DNA of 64,000 nucleotides from Camelus dromedarius (taxonomy: Eukaryota), in NCBI RefSeq assembly GCF_036321535.1, contig NC_087437.1, positions 52,640,001 through 52,704,000 of the forward strand, in the 5' to 3' direction. The number at the start of each line of letters is the position of its first letter. Positions within the stretch are counted from its first letter, which is position 1. Shown one piece after another: positions 24,723 through 36,986 of the stretch. The notes beneath the pieces are model-generated. The model ran no database searches. It was not told the origin of the DNA and saw nothing but the letters and a program-made list of their open reading frames with translations. Both the position numbers and the translations under genes were made by a program.

Positions 24723-25204
24723 TTTTTGATTAGTGCTTATAGATTCAATCTATCCACACATACACACCCTGGACTCCCTGTGACAATAGCTGTTTATTTA
24801 TCCAAGCTGACTCATATCTGGAGAGGCTAACCTTTGTTAACACTATGCTTCAAAACCTACTGGGCTAACTGGCCACTTGACCAAGAAAAATAATTTTATT
24901 TCCCATAGAGAACGTGAGCAGTTTGCCTTAGGCACTGAGTCCACTTTGTAAAACTGATGCACAGACTGAAGGCACACTTCTGAATAGAACAGGAGATGGT
25001 AGAGGTGGCCTCTGCCTTCATATGGGTAGGCAACAAAACATGGGTTTGGTCAAAGGTTCCCATTCATATAATGCCTCTGACAGATAGTCCTTACAGACAT
25101 AACCATTTCATCTTGTATAACTCTAGGAGATATGCAAAAGATCTGACAAACATCCAAAATATGCATCAATTCAGCCAATATTTACCAAACACCAAGAGGC
25201 AACG

Positions 25205-25410
25205 CACTTGAACGGAAAAGCATGGGCTTTGGAACTAAGAAAACCTGCTTTTGATTCCTACATTTACGACTAACTAGTTGTGTAAAAAGACATCTGAGCT
25301 TGCTCAGCTTTGGTCTCTTTCTCTGTAAAACAAGGATAGGGCCACCTACCTCACAAGGTTGCTCTGAGGATTAAATGAGATAATGCATATCAAGGACTTG
25401 GCACAGATAG
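25205..25410 (+). mobile_element. MIR
   Basis: aagcatgggctttggaact...ctctgtaaaacaaggata...cctacctcacaaggttgctctgaggattaaatgagataatgcat. Confidence 0.8.
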
Positions 25411-25750
25411 GTTCGCAGGTGGCAAGTTGTTGCTATGGTTGAAGAAAAGCAGGCAGCAGTATTCCAAGTGCTGGGCATTGTGCTATTTTAAATAGCACCT
25501 CTGCATATCCAATAAGACAAGTTCAGGAGAGACCCTGACTTAGCGACAGAAATCACATGAAAACATGTAAAGCTGTCTTATGACTTGAAACTCTGTGTCT
25601 GTCTTTAAGGTCATAAGTAATGTAGAGATTCAGGTGTTTCAGTGACATCACAAGCAACATTATGCCAAAGTACTGATGAAGTGAAACCCTCATCTACAAC
25701 TATTCTCACGTCCTAGTCACTCTGTGCTTTCAACAATTCAAACTGCTCCT

Positions 25751-25785
25751 GGGGATATAGGTCAGTGGTAGAACATTCGACTGCA
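25751..25785 (+). pseudogene. tRNA-Cys(GCA) 5'-half retrocopy (tailless)
   Basis: ggggatataggtcagtggtagaacattcgactgca vs mammalian tRNA-Cys GGGGGTATAGCTCAGTGGTAGAGCATTTGACTGCA, 31/35 identical (reference recalled from memory). Ends at the anticodon. Confidence 0.8.
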
Positions 25786-26779
25786 CTTCCAACTTCTTTC
25801 AACTGTTTTATTTTGAGCTAAGTGCACTGGCTTGTAAACTCTAAGAAAGTCCCTGTTGTTGCAAAAACCAAAGTTGGTTCTTTAGGAAAGATAATGCCAG
25901 GAATCCGATACTAGCATGAGACTTCAGCTCCCGGGCAGGCCCCTGCAAAGAGGACACACCTACTGAATAGTAGACACACAAATGTGTGCTGAATGTAAGA
26001 ATGAGTTTCAGTCACAACCAACCTGCACCCCCAGTGTAATGTAACACCTGGGATATCAATGCAATAAATGTTTTTGTTTTTTTTTTTAATAAATAAGAGT
26101 TCTTCTCAGAATCAGAGAAGGAAATACAAATGCCCAGTTTCAATCTCCCCTAAGAACAGAGTACCTGAAAAAAGTACTGAAAGAGAAGCCAGCGTTCACT
26201 CACAAACGTGCCACTGTCGACTTCCCCCCTGCTCACACCCCGTTTCACTGTCTTAGGGGAGTGTGTGCTCATGGTTTAGTTGCCTTGGTTTCAAGTTCAT
26301 ATAGGAAGTCAAGGATAAATGCTATTCTTTAGCATCTTGCTAAACTATTTAGCTCCCCACTTCAGAAGAGATTAAATGCAAATACTTTAGCACACAAATC
26401 CCACTGAAGAGCAGGAGAATTGGGAGACAAAGAAATGTAAAGAGCAAAACTACCCTGAAGAGAGGAGATAAGAGAGTTTGCCACTGCCCTCCTCAAGAGT
26501 GGCAGCTATTCCTTCCCTAACCCCACGTAGCACTGTCTGACGAGCACAGGGAAGGCTGGAAAAGCTGTGGATGACCTTACTAGAATTTCATGCTTACTTA
26601 TACGTGTGACTTAGAGCCAGTACCCAGGCTTCCAATCTCTCAGAAGTCACCCATAAATCAGCAAATGAGATAAGCGCTGCAAATAGCATAATTTCTCATA
26701 AGCAAGAACCCTGGCTACACTGCTAGTTTTGTTTTTTTTTTTTCTAGTTAACAGAGAATGATTTTTTAAAAATCCGTCT

Positions 26780-27100
26780 TAACATTTTATCATGAACATT
26801 TTCAAACTGATACCCAAGTGAAGAGACAGTGTAATGAACCCAGCTGTAACAGCTATCAACATGCAGCCAACCTTGTTTCATCTATACCCTATCCACTGGA
26901 TTATTTTCAAGCTAAACCTAGGAATCATAGCATTTTATTCAGAAATGCTTCAGTATGTATCTCTAAAAGATAAAGGCTTTAAAAAAAAAAAACTCACCAC
27001 AATGCCATCATCACACAGTAACAATGAAAAGTAATTCCTTTATACTATCAAATATGTTCAAACACGTCCCACTTATAACCTCATCAACTTTTTATACTTG
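26780..27100 (-). mobile_element. Old L1 3' fragment
   Basis: ttttatcatgaacattttcaaac...aacagctatcaac...cagtatgtatctctaaaagataaagg motif of L1MC/ME 3' ends. Confidence 0.55.
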
Positions 27101-27304
27101 GTCAAAAATTGTTCACAATGGAAAAAAACAGAGATTGCATAGTCCAATTTCTACCCAATACGACCCTTAAAGCAGTACCTCAGCTGGGACTGCCCGCGAG
27201 ATGTGTACATCTTGTGGAAGACGTGAATCTTAGATTCATGAGCTGACTGTTTCCAGTATGTTATTTTACCAACTTGTATAACTGCAACTTAAAAATTTTA
27301 AGAA

Positions 27305-27530
27305 TAACAGCTTTGTTGAGATACAATTCAATACCACAAAATTCACCCATTTAGGGTGTACAGTTCAATGGTTTTTAATATATTTACAGGGTTATGCAAC
27401 CATTACCACTATGTAACTTTAGAACACTTCCACCACCCCCCAAAAAACCCCATAGCCATTAGCCATCATTCCCCACTTCCCCTTCCCCAGACCCTGGAAA
27501 CCACCAGTATGCTTTCTCTCTCTGTGGATT
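27305..27530 (-). mobile_element. L1MB/MC-like 3' end
   Basis: aacagctttgttgagatacaattca...aaaattcacccattt...gtgtacagttcaatggtttttaatatatttacag. Confidence 0.8.
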
Positions 27531-28290
27531 TTTATCTTTTCTCGACATCCTCACTCTACTCTCATGCTGTCTTAAAACTGCGTGGGGGTCTACTCATTCC
27601 CCAACCAAGGCAGGAACCATCCTGGGAGATACCAGGGGTATCTGACTCTCATGAGAACAAGATTCTTTAGCAAGGGGTTCTCCCTGTTTCCCCTAATTAG
27701 GGAGCAGGATCAGCTGCTTTTTTCTGCCTTCGCTGTCAGAAAACCCAGAGCTGAATCTGTGGTCCACCTTGTATAACCGTGTAGCATATTACCGTATACA
27801 TTCCTCTGACAAAACTGTCCCTCTGACCTGAATTTTCCTTTTGTTTTGTTGATCTGTTTTTGTTTGTATTTTAAGAATTTTTGCACCTTATGTCAAATAC
27901 TTCTTTGGAACAAGGAATGATTTAAATGCATAGCATTTCTCTTCAGAGATTCTGGTAATATTCTATCATAACTTAAAAGCCTCTCCCATTTGGCTATAAT
28001 GATTTTCTTTTGATGATGGATGCTTAAGCTGGTATTCCCCAAAATATTGTCCTAGGACTCCTAGTAAAGGACACGAATGTATAAAAGGTGATTTGGGTGA
28101 GGATATGGGAAGTTTATTCTTATACATTAAAAAAAAAAAAGATGCATGTGTGGGGACAGATTCTGTAAAGAAAAAGCTGGTGATTCAATGGTTTAGAGAA
28201 CTAAACATAACAGAGTTGATGGCCAGAAGAAATAAAAAGAATGATGGCAGGTATCATAGTGTGGGATCTTGGATTACAGCATTTACTAGG

Positions 28291-28293
<3 letters not shown>

Positions 28294-28327
<34 letters not shown>
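28294..28327. repeat. (GT)17 microsatellite
   Basis: Perfect GT run. Confidence 0.95.
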
Positions 28328-28328
<1 letters not shown>

Positions 28329-29258
28329 AAGAAAAATATTCTGTGCGAAGTAACATTAAAATCCAGGCTGCCTGGAAGGACCTCACACACAGAGGATGTT
28401 AATCCTTCCCTTGATAGAGTTCAAGAAAACTCTTCCTGCACCCAGGAATGCAATGTTAATCAACTAATTTTGACCCAAGTTTTGTTTATGTGTTCCAACT
28501 GTAAACATTAATTGAAATATTTCCATTGCAACAAAATCATTTTGCTTTGGATTTAAATACTGCTGTACAACAACATGCAAGCCTGTTTCAGAACATGAAA
28601 GTACAACTTCGCAAAGTAACATTTCCTGTATTAAGTCCAAGGGGGCACACAGCGGAAAGTGTGTTATTCTAGGGTGCACAGCTACGTGACAGCTAGAGCA
28701 AAGGACTGGGATTTCCTTTTTCATGTGATAAACTGTAATAAATATTCCACTCTGCTCATAGCTTTAGAAAAGCTTACATGAAGAGTTGCTTGTCGATGTT
28801 TCTTTTGTTTTGTCTGGTGTGTGTGTTGGGGGAAGGATTTAGGTTTTAACATGTAAAAAAGAGACACAAGTGTGGGAAATGCCATGTCTGAGAGCAAGCA
28901 TGTTTGTGATATTATTTGAATAGGGGTCAAATCCCTGGAAGAAGCTTTGCTATAATAATAGAGGTGAATGTGGTAACGTAACTCATATGGACTGTGTTCT
29001 ATTCCCGTTACTGCTCTAGGAGAAAGCAGCCTTTGGGAGGGCAAAAAAGTCTGGGCATTTGAAATGCACAAAGGCTATTTTTTAAATAAAAGCTAACATA
29101 AATTTTATCCAACTGTTTTAAAGTACATAAAACAGACTGATCTACACTAGCTCTTCTCCCCACCAGAACTCAGCCTCACGATGACAACCTCCTGATTTCT
29201 CCAACGTCATAGCAAGACATTTACTTTTTTTTTTTCTAGGAAGATTTCTTTGGCTAGA

Positions 29259-29436
29259 TTGTGGTTCTCAATCTTGCATACACACTAGAATCATCTGGAT
29301 AGCTTTTTCAAACAGTTAAGACCCCGCTCCCATCATCCAAGATTCTACGTTAAATGATCTGGGATTGAGCCCAGTCACTGGTATTTCTAAAAAGCTCTCC
29401 TGTGATTCCAACGTGGGTCAGGGTTGAGAGTCAATG
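29259..29436. mobile_element. MER5-like hAT MITE
   Basis: gtggttctcaatcttgcatacacactagaatcatctgg...aaaagctctcctgtgattcc...gggttgagag. Confidence 0.75.
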
Positions 29437-30039
29437 GTCTATACAGATGCCTCAAATAAGCTTTTCCTTCCTTCAAGGCTAAATTTTCTCCATGTAATAT
29501 AGTAAAGTGGTCCCACATTAGTAGGACCCTAGTTATTTAATCATTCCAGATACACCTCCAATATTAAGGCTTTATATTTTTCCTGCAATCTAGTATTTAT
29601 GGAGATACTCAGTATTGTATTCCTACTGTAACCGCTATGTTTGTTACTGTGTCATGCGCTTAAGCGACGTACATATGTTTCTCTCTCTCATTTGATTTAT
29701 TAGGTGATTTTGTACTGCTTATTATCGTATCAGTTACTATGCTCAAAGCCTGGAGAGGCTGCAGAGATAAAAGGTCACTCTTGTAGTGATACCTAGTCAA
29801 GGCACTTAAAATCCAGAATGGAGATAAGACAGGTGTGAATAACAACACAAGTTAGAATATAAAGTTTATAACAGACATCCAAGATGTGCTAGACCACACT
29901 CAGCTGCAGAACGCAGAAATATTTCTGAACGACGTAGATCAATCAAAGTGTTAACAGAAGTTATCTCCAGGAAGTGGCATTAAGGATTTTGTTATTTATG
30001 TTTTTCTGTTTTTCCAAGTCTTTTACAGGAGCACACACT

Positions 30040-30292
30040 GAAAAATACTCTCTAAAGAAGGTGAAATCAGTTTGAAGAATGTAAAATGGATAGGTAGAGG
30101 GAGGCATAAGCAAGACAGAGTGCCAAATGCATTTGGTAATGTGAGTAGCTCTGTTTGCTCTAACTTGGGGTGCAGGGCAGAAAGAGGAGGTAAGGTTAGA
30201 GAGACTGGAAGACTGGCGCAATACTGCAAAGGCCTTCAATGTCGGGGTGGAGGGATTTATAATCAGCAATTGAGAGCCACAGAAGGTTTTTA
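30040..30292 (-). mobile_element. L2 remnant
   Basis: ggtgaaatcagtttgaagaatg...aaggccttcaatgtcggg...gcaattgagagccacagaaggttttta. Confidence 0.55.
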
Positions 30293-32662
30293 AATGGTAC
30301 TTTTAATCATTATAAGAGTAATATTTTTCTCAAAAAAAAGTACTATACATTTATTATAAAAATAATTGGCAAAGACTAAAATCCACAAAGTAAATAAAAT
30401 CACCAGGAAGAAGCTCATCCCCAGAGAAAGCCACTGTTAATACTGGCACATTTCCCTGCAGTCTTTTCTCTATGTTATAGTTGTGGAAGATTTCTGAGCA
30501 GGAATGTGACATCAGCAGGGCTGTGCTTCAGGGAGGCTGGGTCACAAGGTGGCCTAGGCAGAAAGCGCACTTTCTGGGAATGGAAGTGGCCCGCTGAGGC
30601 TCCCTCACACACATTCACAGCTTCTCTTGCCTATGCTGCTGTACCTGCACAAGTCAGAAGAGTCTGGCTACTTAGGACTGGCCCAAAAATATACCCGAAG
30701 GGGCAAGTGGCATCTGACAGGGAAACCCAAGGCTAAAGCCTAGGGGTTAGCATTCCTAACAACATTCAGCAGGGCTGAAAGACTTCAGTGGGGGTGGAAA
30801 GAATGTCCTACAAAGCACCAGCAGGTTTCCAGGAAGGGCAGTCTTATCTCAGGAAGAACAGAGAAAGCTTTCCTAGAGACCATCCTCATCAAGCAGGACT
30901 CCCAGTAGGAAACGCCTAAAAATAGGCCATCACCGCATCTCGTATGTGATAATCATATTACCATGAAACAGCTCATGGTATGACAGCTACTGCCTATTAG
31001 TCAGAATTCATGTTGACTCTGAGATCACAGCCTGGAGAAGAGGTTGACCTGTGTCAAAATTCACTGACAGGCTTTACTCGCCAAGTCAGTTCTCACAGCT
31101 CTCAGCCTTGCCCCCTGCTCGGAGACAATGGGGCTCTGTGCGGGAGCAGGGGCCAAAAACTGGAAGGAAATTTGCATGCCTCTTCTACCCCCACGGGGTG
31201 TTTATTATTTTGCTTCCAAAGAGGCTGAGTCCAATGTTTTATTCCTCCCCCTTCTTCCTTTTGCTAATTTTAACTCAATTTCAAATTAATATTTTTCAAG
31301 AGATAACTTATTTAATTCCCAGCCCCTCCTACCCATTTTTGACTTAGGAATGAACGTAAGCACAAAACATCTTGTGATGGCCTCAAAATAGAAAGCAGGT
31401 TTAAAGTTTTATTTTTCTGTCCCAAAGCTGCCAAAGCTCTGGGTGTTTTAACTTCTGCTCTACACACTGTTTTCTCCCTCCCTCCTTCCCATCCAGCTAT
31501 ATTTAGTAAAGCCCAAATAAAAGGGATACAGGCAAAGCAAAATTAAATATAGTTTCTTTGAATCAGTAAACCCCAGAATTAGTCTATATGACAGCAGCTA
31601 AGAAAGCAAAGCTCGTAGGAACACACATATACTCATGATGTGCCCCGTCCTCCAAAGTGACCACAGCCTTGCCTGATTCACCAAGTGGCAGGTACACCCA
31701 GGAAGGTAAACACACCATCTCCCCTTCTCCACCTCTAACTGCCTGCTTCCCTTCCAGCCCCCACGTCTCCCCACCCCCCACCTTCACTAACACCCCCACC
31801 TCCCCTCCCGGCTCTCCATTTCCAGATACCAATGTATCAACACCATCCTCTTCCCTCTGCACCTAGAAGGAAAAGAGAAAAATCAAGACGGGCAAATGGA
31901 AAAGAAAAGAAGCACGGAGATATGCTTGGATGACCAAGGACTTCTAAACCAAGCTGGTTCAGAAGCATACTGCTGTTAACTGCCGTGCAGTATACATTTT
32001 CACCTTAGCAGATGTACTTAAAACTGATCTCAGACTTTTGTTGACTGAAGGAAAATTCTGTGGGACCCAAGAACAAGGGAAACTCTGGTTCTGGTTTTCC
32101 AATAGGGAAAATGAGTCTACAGTGGCAATAAGGTTTTTGGAGAGAATTTCCTGTCCATAAGGCAGCAAACCCATAAACCTAAATACAGAACATTCCACAG
32201 GAGGGAACTGGATGGGTCTGAGAAGCATGGATTGTGGGGGCATGGAAGGGAAAATGCAACTTCAGCTTTTCCCATAAAAGACGTTCCTGATTGCCTTGTG
32301 CCTTTCCCCAAACCAAAGGCACAGAACAAGAGGAGAGAAATAGGTTCTAAGAACCTAACAGCTTGGGTAGCAAACTCACCCTTCATACTGTTCTCATCTT
32401 GAAGTAGCCCATGTTTCCATACGTGCCCACTCAATTAATTTAATTCCAGTATCAAAGTCTAAGGAAGCTACCATCAAGTCCAACCCAAAGAACAATTCTC
32501 TATTTAGACAATGTCATCAGAGAGAGTCCAAATTTACTCACTACTACATTAAGGCAAAAAAACAAAACAGAACAAAACAAAAACAAAAACAAAAACAAAA
32601 ACAAAAACACACATACAAAAAACTTCTACATTTAAAAATATCTTCAGTATAATGCCCTAGAA

Positions 32663-32991
32663 CAGGAGTTAACAAATTATGGCCCACAGGCCAAATCTAG
32701 CCTGCCACCTGCTTTTGTACAGCCTGTAAGCTAAGAATGTTTTTCACTATGTTAAATGGTTAGAAAAAAAATCAAAAGAAAGATACTATTCTACGACATG
32801 TGAAAATTACATGAAATTCAAATTTCAGTGTCCAGAAAAAACATTTTATGGGAACACAGCCACGTTCATTCACTTACATATTGTCTGTGGATACTTTTGC
32901 AGATCAGGCAGGTATGTAAGAGACTATTTGGCCTACCAGCCAAAAATATTTACTATCTTGTCCTTTTCATAAAAAGTTCTGCCAACCTCTG
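32663..32991 (+). mobile_element. MER58B-like hAT MITE
   Basis: caggagttaacaaattatggcccacaggccaaatctagcctgccacctg...gccaacctctg. Degenerate 8-bp TSD ccctagaa/gtctagac. Confidence 0.8.
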
Positions 32992-33094
32992 GTCTAGACA
33001 CATATCAAGGGTATTAAAAATACCTTTCACTTACTTTATACCGTATAGTTTTCCCAGGTACATTCACAATCATTACTTTTATTTTATCTTAACT

Positions 33095-33255
33095 CCAAGC
33101 CTGTGAGTTGAATATGCAGGGATTATTATCACTCTAGAGATAAGAACACAGAAGTGTGAAAGTAGATTTACCCACAGTCACATTGCTGCTAAGTGGCTAG
33201 GCCAGGGCTAGGCTCCAATTTTCTGACCTACGTCTAGAGGTGTTCACATTACACA
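33095..33255 (-). mobile_element. MIR remnant
   Basis: gcagggattattatcac...gatttacccacagtcacattgctgctaagtggctaggccaggg. Confidence 0.6.
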
Positions 33256-33289
33256 ATTCTGTCCTCTTGGACGTCAGCCAACTGTGGCT

Positions 33290-33657
33290 AACCAAAGTCT
33301 TTTAAACATTCTCTCCATATTTGAGAGTTCACCAGAGTGTAAAATCCTTCCTTTCTAAAATAGGATCCCAACTTCCTAACCCCACTTCCTGCTAGGGTAG
33401 AGACACATTAATGTGGACTCAGCAGTTTCCCATTGTGGCAGAGGCAGTTCTGCCCAAAGCATCCCATTGGTGGCAGAGGCAGCAGTTCCCTTGGCAGACC
33501 AGTTCAGTGGAATTCCTGGAAGCTAAACCTCCAGTCTGTTTCTTCAACTTGCCCAACAATTTTGTGCCCTATTTACACACCTCAATACATTCTCTTTTCT
33601 GCTAAATCCAGCAACAGTGGGTTCTATTTTCCAGAACTAAGATCACGGACCAATACA
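33290..33657 (+). mobile_element. Old ERVL-type solo LTR remnant
   Basis: Ends ...tcaatacattctcttttctgctaaatccagc...gggttctatt...aactaaga...aataca, an LTR16/LTR33-like terminus. Confidence 0.45.
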
Positions 33658-34069
33658 ACCTAAGTTCAGAAGAAATCCTTGTAATACTACAGTGAGTCCT
33701 AAAAACTTCTGGAACAACTTCCCCCCATCATCATCGTCTTCAAAAACATAATCCCACTTTCAATAAGATATTACCAGATGTTAACTCTTAAAAAAGGATT
33801 CTTTAATTAAGTAAATAAAATTTGGAAACAGCAAGTTAAACCTATTTCTTTATTGCAGGACTTCCCAGAGCCTTAATATGTATGTATGCTTCATAAATCT
33901 CTAAGAAAATGACAAGTAACAACATTTGAAAATTTTACTGGACCACCAAATCATTTTTAAATATAATATATCACCAAGATAGTAATACATTTTGAGAAAT
34001 ATTGATCAATTTTTGATCAATAGAAAATCCTCTACCTAGAAAAAAAATTTGTAGTTCTAAAATATAAAA

Positions 34070-34270
34070 AGAAAATAAGGCTGTTGAAATGAGAAATCCA
34101 ATTCTGGAGTATGTTACAGTGAAAAAATACTTTCATACACTGTTGTCACTACAATCTTTTGGAAAGCAATTTTATAATAATTAGCAACTATCCCAATATT
34201 TATACTCTTTGACCCAGTAATTCCACTTCTAGGAATTTATCCTAAAAAAATCTGAAATGTGGACAAATGT
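34070..34270 (+). mobile_element. Old L1ME fragment
   Basis: ctttcatacactgttg...ctttgacccagtaattccacttctaggaatttatcctaa. Confidence 0.65.
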
Positions 34271-34952
34271 CACATCCTCAGTCCTTATGGACACCTTTCA
34301 CACTTTATGAAAAAGAAAAACAATATGCTCCAATTTGAGAAAAACACAAAAGGGGTAGCTTCATCTTTCTACTCAGGTGATAGAAAAAGGACTTCCTTAT
34401 GATCAAGGGAGAAGAGACAAAAGTGCTTTATATTCTTAGTGTCATCATGACACTATATAAACATTTATTTAGCTCTTTATCTTCTGCAGAAAAAGGAAGA
34501 AGTTGAAAGTTGAAAACTTTCCCGACTATCTCTATGGTTAATTAAAACATCCTATGCTAGACCCATAGCATCCCCAAAAATGAAGCAGGGAGAAGAAACC
34601 TGGGTGACACAGATATGTACTTAAGAGGTGCTATGATGCTGAGCTAACCTAAAGGCTGATGACAAACCATAAACCTTTTGGATAGGTTTTTTTACTCCAG
34701 GATTCAGGTTAACTTGTAAAGATCAAGAAAAATGATAAAGAATTGTTATGTTACATATTTATTTTTTAAGTTAATTTAAATAATTTTTAAAAATTATTAA
34801 ATGTTAATTAAATACAGTTATTAACTGTATTTTTTTTATTACTGTCTGTATTTACCATATATAAAGAAATATAGTACTAGAAATTTTAAGTGGAGGACTG
34901 AAGGGAGCTTAAATTCAGCAGTTTGTAGGTTCAGATCATGTGACTAAGGCAG

Positions 34953-34971
34953 CAATGCCCCCTAGTGGTGG
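34953..34971 (-). promoter_or_regulatory. Candidate CTCF motif
   Basis: Minus strand reads ccaCCACTAGGGGGCAttg, a strong CTCF core match outside any recognised repeat. Confidence 0.6.
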
Positions 34972-36589
34972 AGCATCACACTTTCACTTTGAGGCTTCTG
35001 ACAGATCAATAAGCGTCTTTAAAAGGTTGAATTCACAAAAATAAAATTACAAAGAGGCAGCAAACATTTCTAAGAACTGGTAACTCCTAACTGGTGAATG
35101 GCACCATCAAGCAAGGGTATATTTAGTTTTAAGTCCATTCCTTGATTTGCTCTCAAGTTCATTTTACAGATAGAGAAACCACGGCCTCATAAGATTAAGA
35201 ATGATTTTGTCTCAATCACAAAACCACATGAACCAAGAGTGCTATATCTTTGCCATGCTTACTGCCTATTAGGCAAAAACCACAAGCTAAGGATGAACAA
35301 ACCATCTTTTCATACTTCATCTCTAACAAAGTGCCAAGGCCTATAGTGGCAGCCACTAAATTCTCCTTTCCAAATTCAGTCCCTGTGGACTAGAGGCCTA
35401 AACAAACTGCCTAGGGTTCCAGGTACCCCAAAAGGAAAACAAGCCCTTTCTCCACATACTTCAATAAGTAGAATAGGGAGACTGTCTCTCTCTTAGGTGC
35501 AAATGCCAAGAGAATCCATGTGTTGTAAGAAGGGATATGGCGGTGGGTATGTAACTGATATCAGAAAGCAATGCCTGTAACTTTGCTGTGCAGGAGCACA
35601 ACCACAGAGTTAGGAGTCAGAACTGGTCAAATAGGGCCGGCCAGCCCCAGGGAACATATCTGGTGATTTCCAGGAAACTCTCTAGTGCTCTCAGGGAAAA
35701 TGGGATGTGATAGGAGAGGCAAAACCAGGGAACAGAGACCATCATGCTGGTGTGAGCACTAGTGATGCTTTATATTTGCAGAGTATTTTACATTTTGCAA
35801 AGTATTTTGGCAAGTATTTCACTTGCTCCTTTAGTTATGACACTGTAGAGAAAGTCCAGGTTACAGATTAAGAAGAGAAGACTCTGAGAAGTTGAGTGGC
35901 TTTTCTGTGTAACCTGGCAAGTTAGAGGACTCAGGACTCATCCTGAGGTCTACTGTCTACCGTCTCCCACAACACCTGTCCCATCCAAGTGGGAGATGGC
36001 TTAATCGGCAGCGAATGTAAATTATGAGAGGAGGGGAGCTCCTATAGGCAGTCACAGAGCAGATGAAAGAGACTGGTAACAGACAACATCGTGGAAGGCT
36101 TTTCAAAGCTCAAGAAACAGGCACAGAAATTAAAGAGCAAAGAAGCCTGAAACCATGTAGAAAGAAGCCTACACAACCTGAAAAAAGCCTAAGGTAATCA
36201 CTGTATTGTAATTAAAATACGTTCCTTATACTCTGTGTAAGAAGCAGGAGAGTGAGAAATCCATTTCAGAAAGACCGCTACCCAACATTGCTAAAACATT
36301 TCTTTAAGGACGTAAATTTTACACTTTCCAAAAGCCTGCTGACTCTGGCTAAAGTCTCTTCTCAATAATCTCTATCAGTTAATCAATCCTTTTCTCTTCT
36401 TCCTGTGCTCTCATTTTCCCTTCTATCTACTTACAGTTTGAAGTAGCCTTGTATTTGGAGTTATTAAGACAGTACATTTCAAATCTTATGAGCTTATTTG
36501 CATTGCAAAACTCACTCTTGGTAATGAAAGAAAACAATGGAACTGGAAAGGAAGAGAACCTGTAATAGGCATAGAATAGCCTATAATAG

Positions 36590-36835
36590 TTTCTGATACT
36601 CTCAGCAGCTCACACCGCACCCCACACCCCCAGGAACTGCTTCTGCATCCCAGGGGTAGGCTCTTAGAGGCCATGATTTTATCCTGGAACCCTGTCTCTG
36701 TGACCATATCTGACCGATGACGACTGGACATCTGTCCCAAATAGAGCCAATCAGAACTTCCCCGCACCAATTCCTTTCGTTTAACCTAGCTTGATTCTGT
36801 TTCTATTGCTTGGAACCAAACGGTTCTAAATCACA
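36590..36835 (+). mobile_element. MLT1-like (ERVL-MaLR) LTR remnant
   Basis: gagccaatcagaac...aattcctttcgtttaacctagcttgattctgtttctattgcttggaaccaaa. Confidence 0.5.
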
Positions 36836-36839
36836 CATT

Positions 36840-36986
36840 TTATGTATTTATTTTCTGCTTTCCTACATTAAACTGTTTGCTCTATGAGGGCAGAGATTTT
36901 TGTGTTTTGTTCACTGTTATTTCCTAAGTGCCGAGAACAATGCCTAGCCCATAGTAGATACTCAAAATGTTTGCTGAGTGATGAAT
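36840..36986 (+). mobile_element. L2 3' end
   Basis: gctctatgagggcagagatttttgtgttttgttcactg...agaacaatgcctagcccatagtagatactcaaaatgtttgctgagtgatgaat. Confidence 0.8.

Noticed and set aside
32560..32610. (CAAAAA)n array
   Set aside because: An ordinary A-rich simple repeat with no spacers, so not CRISPR-like.
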